Of a stretch of DNA of 34,717 nt, positions 1 through 12,541 are shown piece after piece (within the stretch, counting starts at the first letter, position 1; each line of letters opens with the position of its first letter). The position numbers and the translations under genes were made by a program. The stretch comes from Octopus bimaculoides (taxonomy: Eukaryota), in NCBI RefSeq assembly GCF_001194135.2, contig NC_068999.1, positions 19,150,908-19,185,624 on the forward strand. Reading direction: 5' to 3'. The notes under the pieces were generated by a model. The model was given only the letters and a program-made list of their open reading frames with translations. It was not told where the DNA came from and did not search any database.

Positions 1-11
1 TTTGTGTATAC

Positions 12-45
<34 letters not shown>

Positions 46-69
46 ATGCATATTTGTATACGTATACCA

Positions 70-615
70 CTTAACAACCGGTGTTGGCTTTTTTACGTGC
101 CAGTAATTTATTTTCGTTTCCTTCAACTACAATTTTGAAAGTGTGCCCTAGCATGTCAGCAGTCCGATTACTGAAATATACAAAGCATAACTTTGTAAAT
201 ATAGTCTGGGAACTATATTTACAACGGTGAATCTCATTGTTTCTTGAGGTGACCTTAAAGTTAGTCAACAATATACCGCATACGAAATCTCACTATTCTG
301 TTAAGTCAACCAGCACCTTTAATCAAGCAGGAAAACTCTTGATTTTAAGCCAGACTACTCACATTGTATCAACCTCAGCCTTAAAATTCACACACCTCTA
401 TTAAAGTGTACTTTTAGCACACCAATCACCATAAGCTTTCAACTTTCAAGTAAGCAAAGATTTTAGTACAAACTCCGTGAAGCTTGTTTAGAATCCCTTT
501 GAGTCTAGCAATATATTGTTATACATTCACAATTTTGAAACCTTTGAGCAGAGCTTCACTTGATTTCACACCTTTTCTGGTGTTATTTCGTCTACAGTGA
601 ATTATGACTGTTTTT
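70..615 (-). mobile_element. Possible highly degenerate hAT (Charlie/GTF2IRD2-like) transposase remnant
   Basis: Manual minus-strand translation across stops and frameshifts gives VIIHC followed about 20 aa later by KIVN, then RNNEIH...ADMLGH...EGNENKL (the last part is in ORF 71..271). The order resembles hAT motifs IHCxxH / VKIVN / LRNEI / ADIxxHLN / LQG. No TIRs found. Confidence 0.4.
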
Positions 616-1726
616 TATCGATTGAACTTCAGCTAAAACTAAATGAAAACGGCATCTATATAAATAAAATGCGTATTAAAAAATGCATCAGAATCTAAGT
701 AGATCCAATATCTCAAATAAAAAATACGCAAAAATTAAATTTACAAACATTCATAATTAGATATTCGAGGGTACAAATAAACGATGGTTATTAATAAAAG
801 CATACATGAATGCAGTTTAATATATATTTAATTTAGAGTGTATGGGTGTCACACAAAATATAACAGTTCCTAATTTAAAATTAGCAGTGTTCTTATATGT
901 GTTTGAATGTAAACATCGAACATTAAAACAGTAATTATATTTCAAGATATCATAAAATGTTTCAAGATATATAATGTAGAAGATGTTGAAAAAATTATAA
1001 ATCCTTTGAACAGAATTGCCTAATTTTGTATAGAAAATGCAGTGAATGACTATATGAAACAAATAATTATGTCAATCATTTTAACCCTTCATATTGGTGT
1101 GCTCTATATTCGTTGAGAAATGGAAATATATTAAACGTATCAGGAATGTGTGATATTAAGTGTATATATTGTGATCAGTAATGGAATTGCGTATTCCTTC
1201 AATGATATCTATGTATGAAATTTCCTCGGTATCCTGATATGATTAAAACTGTGACAGTAGTAATTTGGATCTGCTAAGATCCAAATTACTACTATTTATA
1301 GGATAAATACGTTTAAGGAGTTTAATAAGCATGGAAGGAACTTAACCTACATTATTCCCTTCAAATTAGCCATAACGTAAACCTTCTAAGTGAAGTAATC
1401 TCGTTGTAAATTCTCTTGGAGCAATCAATTTGCCGACAATGGAAAAACGATAAATCTTGACACATTACCTTTGGATTGCAAACTATCCTCCAAATATATG
1501 GTGTATTTGTGCATGGAGAAACCAACTGGTACCGCGAAGAGATGTAGTGTCCACTTCAAATAAAATGAGCATAATCAGTATGGATACATCACATCAGACA
1601 AAATGAATCGCATAGGAATGGCCACTGAAAAGGTGATGACACTAGCTGTGCTCCAGCATGACCATGGCTTATATATATGTAGGAAACCAGGGTTTTAGTC
1701 TCGCTTTTAGTTTCACCTAAGTGAAA

Positions 1727-1746
1727 TATCTATCTATCTATCTATA

Positions 1747-1779
<33 letters not shown>
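1727..1779. repeat. (TATC)n microsatellite
   Basis: Direct read of tandem TATC units with one TATA variant. Confidence 0.95.
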
Positions 1780-1789
1780 CAATATGGAC

Positions 1790-1889
1790 CACTTCACTTA
1801 AACGGTACTCATTTTATCAACCACGAGAGGATGGAAGGCAAATAAATCTGGGCGGAATTTGAAGTCAGAATGTAAATACGGACAAAATA
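1790..1889 (-). mobile_element. tRNA-derived SINE fragment, inverted relative to the copy at 1902-2098
   Basis: The reverse complement of 1804-1889 (tattttgtccgtatttacattctgacttcaaattccgcccag...gttgataaaatgagtacc) aligns by eye with 1942-2022. Confidence 0.75.
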
Positions 1890-1901
1890 ATCATGACGAT
1901 T

Positions 1902-2098
1902 AGGCACAATCGTTAGCACTCCGGGTGAAAATGTTAGAAGAATTTCGTTCGTCTTTACGATCTGAGTTCAAATTCACACTAGGTCGACTTCACATTCCAT
2001 CGGTGTCGATAAAGTAAGTACCAGTGATCACGAAGTTGATGTAATCGATTTACCCCCACGACAAATTTGCTTGCCTCGTGCCAAAATTTGAAACCGAT
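1902..2098 (+). mobile_element. tRNA-derived SINE (octopus-type family)
   Basis: A-box-like AGGCACAATCGTTAGCAC (1902-1919), B-box-like GAGTTCAAATTC (1964-1975), then a body with gtcgataaagtaagtaccag...gatgtaatcgatt. Related copies at 1790-1889 and 6600-6729. Confidence 0.75.
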
Positions 2099-2419
2099 AT
2101 CAAATACATGAAATATTCTTCATACTATTTTCGAATCTATATCATGCCTCATATTCTAACAAATTATTCTAACAAATAATTCAGCGTACCAATAATATCA
2201 CTGTGGATACATGCCAGCAATGACCTTCTCAGGCTCTCCAATATATTTTTTTTATTTCTAAACAGAAACAATCGGGAGCATGGAGTGGGGTTGCAAAAAT
2301 TTCATAATTTCTCAAATTTTGTTTTTTATAGCAAATAAATATATTTACGGGAGAAAATGTTGAAAAATACCAATACATGCGAGAGTGAGGAAGAAACAAG
2401 GAGGGTTGCCTTTGGATAA

Positions 2420-2453
2420 GCTAGAAACTACAGCCAAACCACCCTTAAATCAC
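2420..2453 (-). repeat. Fragment of a dispersed repeat family also present at 32001-32066
   Basis: Reverse complement gtgatttaagggtggtttggctgtagtttctagc matches 32001-32034 gtgtttttagggagatttggctgctatttctacc at 26 of 34 positions (counted by hand). Confidence 0.5.
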
Positions 2454-4022
2454 TCACTTTTCCTTCTGAAAATATTAACATTGTTTTTAAAAAAAATTAC
2501 AGAATATGCTCTTACCTTGGTTTTGAAGTGCAAAGAAATTGGCTAAAATAGGTCACGAGTGGGATGATAAGGGAGGTGCTGTAATCAAAAGGAGTTTACG
2601 AAACTTTTTCATCCAAAGATGCTTCCACCTCATCATTTCGAAAGCCGCAGTTTAAACGAAAGTCAGGAAAATCGTAGAAAAATTTAACCACAAATTAGTT
2701 TATAATCGTAACCTATGCCGTTTGAAAGGGAGTTGTATACATTTTCCTTGATACCCATCTTCCTGAAAGTTATGAGGGGAAAATGCCAGATCGTATGAAT
2801 TTTCCAAAACTTATCTATTCTCCCCCTCGGAAAACGTCTTTCTCATAAATCCCTCTATATTCTGAAGCCACAACATATAAGCGGTATTTGTAGAAACTGT
2901 ATTTGTATCCATTTTTCTGGATGTTATGAGGCAACAAAATCGGGGGCGTATACATCTGTAGCAAGGCCCTTTTATCTATACGATTTTTTCCTTTCATGCT
3001 TAATTCATTCATTGTTTGGAATGTTCTCTCTCTATCACACACACACACACACTGCAAAGCTTATTAGTGGGCTGCTAAATTGAAATTTCTATGCTGCTTC
3101 TCCCTCTGTTGTTGGACTATCGTCATGTTTCTTTAAAAAAGAGATATTATGACTGTGATAAAATAATGAAAGCAATATTTACTGAGTACTATTATACAAA
3201 GGAATAAATAGACGTAAAATATTAAAATTATTAGAAACGGGAACCTAACGTGAAGATATTATCAAGAGACCAGCAGAAAACCACCCGGAGGAAGGCGGTC
3301 TTTATAATAGCTTTTTTAATTGTATGAAATATTATTGGCTTGAGATAAACATCTTGCTGTCAAATCTACATGCATCATTATAGGAATATATAAAATTTAG
3401 GAATTTGAATGTCATAATGATTACTGAACCCTCCAACAAACATAACATTTTAGAGTGTTTAGAGCATGCCTAAAAATAGAAATATTTTTTACAAAATGTT
3501 TGATTATAATGTTTGCGATAAGAGTGATGATTTTGCCAAACAATTAACCATTTTACTCCAATTTCCTGCAAGCCAAACAATTTTCATTAACCTGATTTCA
3601 TGATTGAAATGTAGCAATAGATTCCGACAAGTGATTAGTATCGTAAATCATTTGTTAGACGTCAATATTTCAGCATATGCCTCAGGCTGCTTATAACTTT
3701 TCTTTTATCATGTATTGTTTTGAGAAAAAATTGCGAAAGAGGGAAAAGGTCAATCATGATAATATCTCTACTATTATTATTTAAGATTTTTTTTATACTG
3801 TTGTTAATTACAACATAATGGAGAGGCGTCTGATATTATGTAGGTTGCCCTACTCAGCTTGCTAAATCCGAAGATTTGAAAATATTGCAGTTTTTAGGAC
3901 GGATTTTTGCTTAAAATATTTAATGCACTGTCAAATGACTGTAAGGATACGATATAACATTCTTTCATTAATTATAGTGATGTCTTTTATCAACATTACA
4001 TCTGCATGACTTGTGAAAGATG

Positions 4023-4870
4023 TACAGGAGTTGGACAAAATAATGGAAACACCTTAAAATTTCCAACAAATTTATTATAATATATGGTAGGACCGCCTTT
4101 GGCAGTAATTACAGCTTACATTCTTCGAGGTATGGACTCGTACAAAGATTGGATTGTTTCCAATAGTATTTTCGCCTATTCTTCAGCTAAAACAGTCTCC
4201 AGTTCTTGCAGGGATGATGGTGGAGGATATTCTCTCCTTACTTGATTTTCTAAAATGCACCATAAATGTTCAATAATATTGAGATCTGGGGGCTGTGGTG
4301 TCCAGATAATATGTTCAACTAGAATGTTCTTCGTGCCATGGAGTAACAACTTTAGTTAAGGGATCTGGTGCATTAGCAACCTGAAAGATTGCGTTTCTCT
4401 CCGGAAACAGTTCCGCAAAAATAGAATACATTTGGTCTGATAAAACGCTTAAATATACTTCCCTGTTAATTCTGCCATGAAGGGAAACCATTGGGCCGGC
4501 AGATTTCCAATATATACCCCCTCCCCCCAGATCATTACAGATCTTTCTCCATGTTTAACAGTTGGAAGAAGGCAGTCTTGGTCAAATGCTCCTTGTGGCT
4601 GTCTCCACATGCATACTCGGCCGGTGGTCGAAAATAAGATACAGGATTATCGTCCAAGAAAATAACATCCTTCCACTGCTCTAAGGACCAATTCTGTAGG
4701 CTATTACTCAAATCTAAACGCTTTGCAGCGTTTGAATTTGAAAGTAGTGGTTTTCTGATTGCAGCCCACCCGTGCAGCTTTGTGCAGCTCCCGGCGAATG
4801 GTGTATGTGGCAACTGAGTTCCGAGGTGGTCATTAAGCTCAGCAGTAATTTCGGGAGCTGTATATATTGA
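4023..4870 (-). mobile_element. Tc1-family DNA transposon, 5'-truncated, with a degenerate DDE transposase and one TIR
   Basis: TA + CAGGAGTTGGACAAAATAATGGAAACACC at 4023-4053 is a Tc1-type TIR with TA target site. Minus-strand translation across frameshifts: TAPEITAELNDHL...WAAIRKPLLS...NWSLEQWKDVIFLDD...LLPTVKHGERSVMIWG...FQVANAP...WTPQPPDLNIIEHLW...ESIPRRM*AVITAKGGPT. No second TIR is visible at the expected 5.2-5.3 kb. Confidence 0.93.
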
Positions 4871-6162
4871 TGAGATTTCGAGTTAAATAGAGAGCCCAAC
4901 GCTGTGAAAAATAAACGTCAAGAAGCATAGACAGAAAAGTTGTATTCTTTGAAACGAAACATTTTAACCTAATTTACTTTGGATTGCAAACTATCTGAAG
5001 GGTTAAATAGAAAAAAACAACAAAAAAAACTTGCAAGATCGTAGGGGATGTATAATAATAATTCAACATAATATGAATAAGTCAATAAAAGATTTGCAGT
5101 AATAAATATATCTCGTTTTGCATTCGAATAATCCGTGAGCGCGAAAATGATCAGCTTATTATGTTGCTGAATCACAAACATATCAGTAACCTTCTTACAA
5201 AATCCAGAATAAGTAATTTACGTCATCCTTATAACCTTAAAATACGAATTGTCTGCTTAAAGGAATAAGTAAATGGGATTAGACTGAATTAGACATGTTC
5301 ATAAGTAGGATGAATTTATGATTATCTTTCCGAATATAACATTGTAAAATACACTGTAATTTATTTCAAAAATATATCCGGCGAATCTCAACAGAATTAA
5401 GTATTTAGTAATTTTAGAAAACTTAATTTAAGATATAATGATAATATTTGAAGAACAGTATATTTGGAAAATGAGTGATGAAAATATGTATTATCAGAAT
5501 TTAAGGCAAGCAGTTCGAATTGAATAATTGGTGTAGTTTTAACAGCATTTTGGATACAGATGTGAGAAAAAATATTATTTTATTTGAGTCGATGTTTCCC
5601 ATGATTTTTGATATTTGTATGATATATATTTATACGTTTGAAGGAAAGGTGATACAAACCGTCAGTATTAAATATTATTGATTCACTTCAAGTAAATAAT
5701 GTGTTAATGAATATAGGTAGCTAAGAAACTGAGTTTAAGCAAGGACATATAATAATCGGACATAATGAAACTAAAGAAAACGTTATAAGTCACCTTTCAA
5801 GGAACCTCAATATAGCAGTCTATTTATCAAACAAAATGCTCTGCAAATAGATTAAGTTTTAAAATTCAAATGAATAAATGAAATCGATGAATAAATAATG
5901 ACGTTCGGAAATAACATTAAATTTATTGCAAAACCACTAACAAACATGCATTATTTTGAGAACAATCTATAAACATATAATATTAGAAATTAAAGTGAGC
6001 AAGATTGTATTTTTTACTCATGTATTGATATGGATAGGACCGATAATAAATCTGAAATACAGGTTGTTTCAAATGAGGTATTAAACAGAGGAAAGAGAGG
6101 AAAGATAACAAGAGCAACACTGGAAAAATTCATATCATAAGAAGTAGGAACGTTTTAGCTCA

Positions 6163-6250
6163 TATATATATATATATATATATNNNNNNNNNNNNNNNNN
6201 NNNNNNNNNNNNNNNNNNNNNNNNNNNNNNNNNNNNNNNNNNNNNNNNNN

Positions 6251-6288
<38 letters not shown>

Positions 6289-6316
6289 TGTGCGTGTGTG
6301 TGTATGTGTGTGTGTG
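6163..6316. repeat. (TA)n and (TG)n microsatellites flanking N-gap 6184-6250
   Basis: Direct read. Confidence 0.95.
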
Positions 6317-6599
6317 AATTTATCTCCTATAACCCCTATGGTGTTTAAAAATACTGAGAGCCAACATCGGTAATGGGTTATCTAATCTATCCTCTTAAAA
6401 GGAAATATATGATAAAAAAGCCCCATATTATAGCGATGCCATAGCTAACAGCACCTTGAAATATATCGTATAGACCTTCAGTTCAAAATAGGAAGTCCAA
6501 AAGTAGACCCAGCAAAAATTATATGGTTCCCCTACTTATCCTACTTGTTAATTGTAACATAGTTGAGAAATTTCTGTCATTATGAAACAAGCATTTGAC

Positions 6600-6729
6600 G
6601 GCGAAAAATCCTTAGCGGCATTTCTTCCCGCTTCACGTTTCAGGGTGAGCTAGCAGAATCGTTAGCACACAAGTAAAATGATTAGCAGCATTTCGCACAG
6701 ATTTACATTCTTAGTTCAATTTCTGCCGA
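6600..6729 (+). mobile_element. tRNA-derived SINE fragments, same family as 1902-2098 (a partial unit followed by a head)
   Basis: gagctagcagaatcgttagcac...atgattagcagcatttcg...tttacattcttagttcaatttctgccga (6647-6729) matches the 1902-1980 head. It is preceded by a partial ggcgaaaaatccttagcggcatttc...ttcacgtt. Confidence 0.65.
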
Positions 6730-8069
6730 TCTGGTGACCATTTGACCTAAGTGTATTAATATTAATCACCTTTCTCGACTACTTCCTCACGTTTTTCTTC
6801 ACTCCACCATCATTCACTTTCTGTCACTCTTACTCCACCTTTCACTCACTCCAGTTCACCCTCTCTAATTAAGTAATATATAACGAGCGAACGAACAGGC
6901 TGATTACAGTATTGATTGGCTGAATTTTTCAATTGCCTCAAATTGTGATTTAAATTAGTCTGAAATAAAAGAGAAAATATACTGAAATAACTAAATGTTA
7001 TTAAAATTTAGTATCCTTTATTGATGAACCTACCAATTGCATACAAAATTACATCACTGCTTAAGACTCTGTCTCCTCGTATTTTGTTTACTACCAGCCG
7101 CTCGGGGTTGCTGCGAATTAACTCGGTGTGTTTACACCTTTCTATCGACGACAAGAAATTGCTTCCTTCACAAAATACAGTGAATAGATTTCTTACGGGT
7201 GCAGTAAAACCTCAAGCCTATTTCACAAGATAACATGGTTGTATTTATACACACCACTGTTTAACGCTCTTACCCAGTAATTATATTAACGTCCATATTG
7301 CAGATAATAGAACAAACCCATTCCATTTCACAATTATTCTAGAGAAGTTATTTTACAGCACATCGATATTGTTCTGTATTAGTACTTCCAGTTGAACCGC
7401 AATTCCATGCCAATAACCTACGACGAAAACGGTTATCTACATTAAATGACGTTTCTGTGATGTATCTTAATTAGGATAATTTGGCGGAAGATTAGGTGAT
7501 GATTTCGGAGTAAATTTGCTTTACGTCAGAAAAAACGACCGTTGTCAATCAGGCGTTTGAATTGCTAATTTAATCCTTGCCTATTCTTATCCACATATCG
7601 TTTGGTTTGATTATAGAAAAGCAGTTATTCTAACTCAGATGTGTAATGAAAGAAAGCTAACCATGAAGATATCACTAGCCTTGCAGCTGGCATCAATATG
7701 ACTGCACCTTTCTCTAAGTCGCACATATTACTCATTACTCAGTCATTCATCAACAACGACCCTCTCACTAACATTCATAATATAATCACGGTTCACTTCC
7801 TGTACACCAACGTAATTTGAGGACTTACCCCGATAGACCTATCTCACCATGCTCACAATTATATTGGCAGACAAATATTGAAACTCATGAGTCACATCCA
7901 CCATACACGCACTACAATAAATGGCTTATGTTATACGTATTCACGTATACATATGCACGGGTATGTGCGTGCTCGGGAGCTTCTGTGTATATGCATATAC
8001 ATATTTTTGTAAATGTTTCTATATATAACAGATATAAGCGGAATGACTACTAATTATAGTTTTATTGAA

Positions 8070-8220
8070 ATTCCAAGTACTCACTTGACGTCATGGGCAT
8101 AAGCCCCACACACGAGTCAAGTTTCATCAAGATCGGTTGGATAGTCTCGGAGGAGTTAAAGTAATAAATTCCCCAAAACACAGTCGCAAACAAACAGAAA
8201 TTGCCATTTATGCATATAGA
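8070..8220 (-). mobile_element. Non-autonomous Helitron-like 5' terminal segment
   Basis: The minus strand begins A|TCTATATGCATAAATGGCAATTTCTGTTTGTTTG...CAACCGATCTTGATGAAACTTG. The 5' TC after A, GTTT microrepeat and CCGATnTTnATGAAA block are typical of invertebrate non-autonomous Helitron ends. The lower boundary is uncertain. Confidence 0.55.
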
Positions 8221-9129
8221 TAAAGTAGCTTAGATAATTGGAAGTATGAGAGCTCGAGTCATTCTGGCAATTTTGCTCGGAAAATCTCAGGACGTTCCCC
8301 AAATTAAATATTAATAGATATACATTCATAACTTAAGGACGCAAATAAGTAACCATGAAAATTATTTTGAAGGAAATCGCCTTTCTTATGAAATAAATCA
8401 GCCATCAAATGATCGCCAGATGAAACATTTTGTTTCTGTAATCGATCACAAACTGCCTGATACTTTTACATAATTATCTCTTAAACTCTCTTACAGTTCA
8501 ATACAGTATCAAATGATGATCTTACAGGAATTATTGATTTGTGGATAGATTCGAACATGGGTAACAGGAGATTGGGCATTGTAATCAACTCTATCGTGGA
8601 CAATATATCGTTTATCTCTACGCTGCTATATGTGCGCAATAATATTACTTGTAGTTCATTACATATATGATATTTTTATATATTGCAAATATTGTGATTT
8701 ATATTCTGAATATTATGAGAATTGCTGGCGTTTACGTATTTTCCGATACTATCAAATCGGCATCGATCCACTCGAAGTTCAATAACGTGCACGTGCTTAG
8801 CGTAACATAGTGGGATTTTCCCAATTGATTCTAAATCTCGCATGACCTGTATATATTTACGTTGACTTCTTATTTAATCCCAGTTGTTATTGGAGTAATG
8901 TAGGCGGGCTTACAAAAACTTGGATATAGCCATTTCACTTCTTAAACCTAAGTTAGAATTGCCTTATTGCTGTAATAAAATACATTTTTGTAAATATCAT
9001 AAGTATATGCATAAGCTATATCTATGTTTATCGTTCGTAATTGCGTACTAATTCACATATATATGTATTATAAATGCAATCAATATACATAAGATGTCTA
9101 GGTATAGATAAAGGATAAGAAGCAAGTTA

Positions 9130-9279
9130 GACATGTGTGTGTGTGTGAATGTCTGTGAATGTATCGTGGCCGTGTGGTAAGAAATTCGTTTTCCAACAAC
9201 GCACACACATACCTATATAAATAAATATATATATGCCTGTATATATATGTTTGTATATGTATATTTTTATGTATGTATT

Positions 9280-9313
<34 letters not shown>

Positions 9314-9519
9314 AATACATACATAAAAATATACATATACATACATATATATACATGCATATATATATTTATTTATATAGGTATAATAAATAAATACATA
9401 TATATATGTATGTATATAAATAAATATATAAATAAATATATATATATAAATAAATATATGCATGTATATGTATGTATATGTATATTTTTATGTGTGTATT
9501 TGTATATATATATATATAT

Positions 9520-9564
<45 letters not shown>

Positions 9565-10444
9565 NNNNNNNNNNNNNNNNNNNNNNNNNNNNNNNNNNNN
9601 NNNNNNNNNNNNNNNNNNNNNNNNNNNNNNNNNNNNNNNNNNNNNNNNNNNNNNNNNNNNNNNNNNNNNNNNNNNNNNNNNNNNNNNNNNNNNNNNNNNN
9701 NNNNNNNNNNNNNNNNNNNNNNNNNNNNNNNNNNNNNNNNNNNNNNNNNNNNNNNNNNNNNNNNNNNNNNNNNNNNNNNNNNNNNNNNNNNNNNNNNNNN
9801 NNNNNNNNNNNNNNNNNNNNNNNNNNNNNNNNNNNNNNNNNNNNNNNNNNNNNNNNNNNNNNNNNNNNNNNNNNNNNNNNNNNNNNNNNNNNNNNNNNNN
9901 NNNNNNNNNNNNNNNNNNNNNNNNNNNNNNNNNNNNNNNNNNNNNNNNNNNNNNNNNNNNNNNNNNNNNNNNNNNNNNNNNNNNNNNNNNNNNNNNNNNN
10001 NNNNNNNNNNNNNNNNNNNNNNNNNNNNNNNNNNNNNNNNNNNNNNNNNNNNNNNNNNNNNNNNNNNNNNNNNNNNNNNNNNNNNNNNNNNNNNNNNNNN
10101 NNNNNNNNNNNNNNNNNNNNNNNNNNNNNNNNNNNNNNNNNNNNNNNNNNNNNNNNNNNNNNNNNNNNNNNNNNNNNNNNNNNNNNNNNNNNNNNNNNNN
10201 NNNNNNNNNNNNNNNNNNNNNNNNNNNNNNNNNNNNNNNNNNNNNNNNNNNNNNNNNNNNNNNNNNNNNNNNNNNNNNNNNNNNNNNNNNNNNNNNNNNN
10301 NNNNNNNNNNNNNNNNNNNNNNNNNNNNNNNNNNNNNNNNNNNNNNNNNNNNNNNNNNNNNNNNNNNNNNNNNNNNNNNNNNNNNNNNNNNNNNNNNNNN
10401 NNNNNNNNNNNNATATACATATATATATATATGTATACATATAC

Positions 10445-10482
<38 letters not shown>

Positions 10483-10488
10483 GGAGGG
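9130..10488. repeat. Compound TA/TG/AG microsatellite block around N-gap 9565-10412
   Basis: Direct read; explains the IYIY/VCVC/X-rich ORFs in the track. Confidence 0.95.
9165..9197 (+). mobile_element. Short tRNA-derived SINE head fragment embedded in microsatellite
   Basis: cgtggccgtgtggtaagaaattcgttttccaac contains an A-box-like TGGCCGTGTGGTAAG; no B-box remains. Confidence 0.35.
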
Positions 10489-11014
10489 AATAGGTGTTAG
10501 AATCAATGTCAAACCCTTTTTGGTTGATGTCACTTTTAACCATGAAAGAGCAGCTTTCAGCTACATTTCAGAGAGAAGTAATGAGATTAAAGACGCAAGA
10601 TCATTTCGAATTCAACTGCAATTTGTGTATTCTCTGAGGTCTATGACACCAACTTCCTAAATCTTATGAACACTAAACCGTATGTATATTCACTCGTGTC
10701 GAACTTCCTATTACCAAGCATTAATATCCCCGTCTTCAACCAGCTGCAAGGGCTTTAGAATGAAAGTTATATCAGAATTTACTGAACCATACTGATATAT
10801 TTTAAATTCAAATGCTGCCAAGTTTAAAGCACAAATATTAAACAAAACGCGGTATACAAAAGAGTTTTCTTTTAATTTGTTAAAGGACTTGGACCGGAAA
10901 ATACATATTGGAATAAACGATATTTAGTATGCATTTGAATGGCTATAGTAATACTTAATCACTAAGGGAAAGGATTTATAACTACCTTCTCAAATCTAAT
11001 GCCGATAAACCATA

Positions 11015-11064
11015 ATATATATATATATATATAAAGATAGATAGATATATAGATAGATAGATAT

Positions 11065-11145
<81 letters not shown>

Positions 11146-11177
11146 GATATAGATATATAGATGTATGTATATATATA
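11015..11177. repeat. (TA)n plus long (GATA)n microsatellite
   Basis: Direct read of tandem GATA units at about 11036-11160. Confidence 0.95.
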
Positions 11178-11370
11178 ATGCAGAAACTATTTCTGAAGCC
11201 TTTTTATTTCGTAAGTGAGAAAGTTATATAATTCATTACTTGATTGCTATTCTAGTCTGTGGTCAATATACCTAACGTCCGACTGTAGAATACAGTCCGT
11301 TTTATAGTACGTAACATTTGCATCGTTTGTTGAACCTAAACGTTAAACAATGCACTTTAAAAAAATATTT

Positions 11371-11372
<2 letters not shown>

Positions 11373-11401
<29 letters not shown>

Positions 11402-11753
11402 NNNNNNNNNNNNNNNNNNNNNNNNNNNNNNNNNNNNNNNNNNNNNNNNNNNNNNNNNNNNNNNNNNNNNNNNNNNNNNNNNNNNNNNNNNNNNNNNNNN
11501 NNNNNNNNNNNNNNNNNNNNNNNNNNNNNNNNNNNNNNNNNNNNNNNNNNNNNNNNNNNNNNNNNNNNNNNNNNNNNNNNNNNNNNNNNNNNNNNNNNNN
11601 NNNNNNNNNNNNNNNNNNNNNNNNNNNNNNNNNNNNNNNNNNNNNNNNNNNNNNNNNNNNNNNNNNNNNNNNNNNNNNNNNNNNNNNNNNNNNNNNNNNN
11701 NNNNNNNNNNNNNNNNNNNNNNNNNNNNNNNNNNNNNNNNNNNNNNNNATATA

Positions 11754-11784
<31 letters not shown>

Positions 11785-11985
11785 GTATGTATATATATAT
11801 ACATATACAGAGAGACAGGGGGAGAGAGGGGGAGAGTGAGTAAAAGATAGAGAGATAATATGTATGTTGAAATACATGTACACAGATAAACAGATTTATA
11901 GGCAACCAATCATACCCGGGGAGAGAGAGAGAGAGAGCGAGAGAGAGAGAGATAGAGAGAGAGAGAGAAGGAGAGAGAGAAGGTG
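11373..11985. repeat. TA and GA microsatellites around N-gap 11402-11748
   Basis: Direct read. Confidence 0.9.
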
Positions 11986-12289
11986 ACAGAGAGTGAGGTG
12001 TTTATTCTCCAAATTTACCTGAATTACCATTTTCGGTAGTCAACAGAAGGAAGTGAAATTACTCACGTTATTATATTTTTCACTGACGCTTTCAAAGGCA
12101 ACATTTTTATATGTAACATTATGAATGTTTTTACACTGATCGCTTTTCTCCCTTTTTACTTGGAGCAAATAGCCAACGCTCTCTTTCTCTCTAAGTTGGT
12201 TATCTCTATTTGTATTCCTTCCAGCTGTGTGTCTCGTATATGCTTTATCGTTATCAGTAAACCTGTGTAAACAGCGACACGAGCACATA

Positions 12290-12462
12290 TACTAGTATAC
12301 ACGTACATGCACACACACACACATACACACACACAGACACACACACACACTATACTTCCGTTTTTCACTCTTTTACATCTTTGTGTGCACATACATATAT
12401 TTGCATAACTACATATGTAACTTTATGTGATGGGCTGCACGTGTGTTTGTCTCTGTGTGTGT

Positions 12463-12506
<44 letters not shown>

Positions 12507-12541
12507 GCGTGTGTGGTTGTGTGTGTGTGTGTGTGTGTGTG
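12290..12541. repeat. (CA)n and (TG)n microsatellites
   Basis: Direct read: CA run about 12308-12350, TG run about 12441-12541. Confidence 0.9.

Noticed and set aside
2149-2176. Short local duplications (attctaacaaat x2; also near 940-970, 5870-5900 and 17480-17525)
   Set aside because: Ordinary slippage products in AT-rich DNA.
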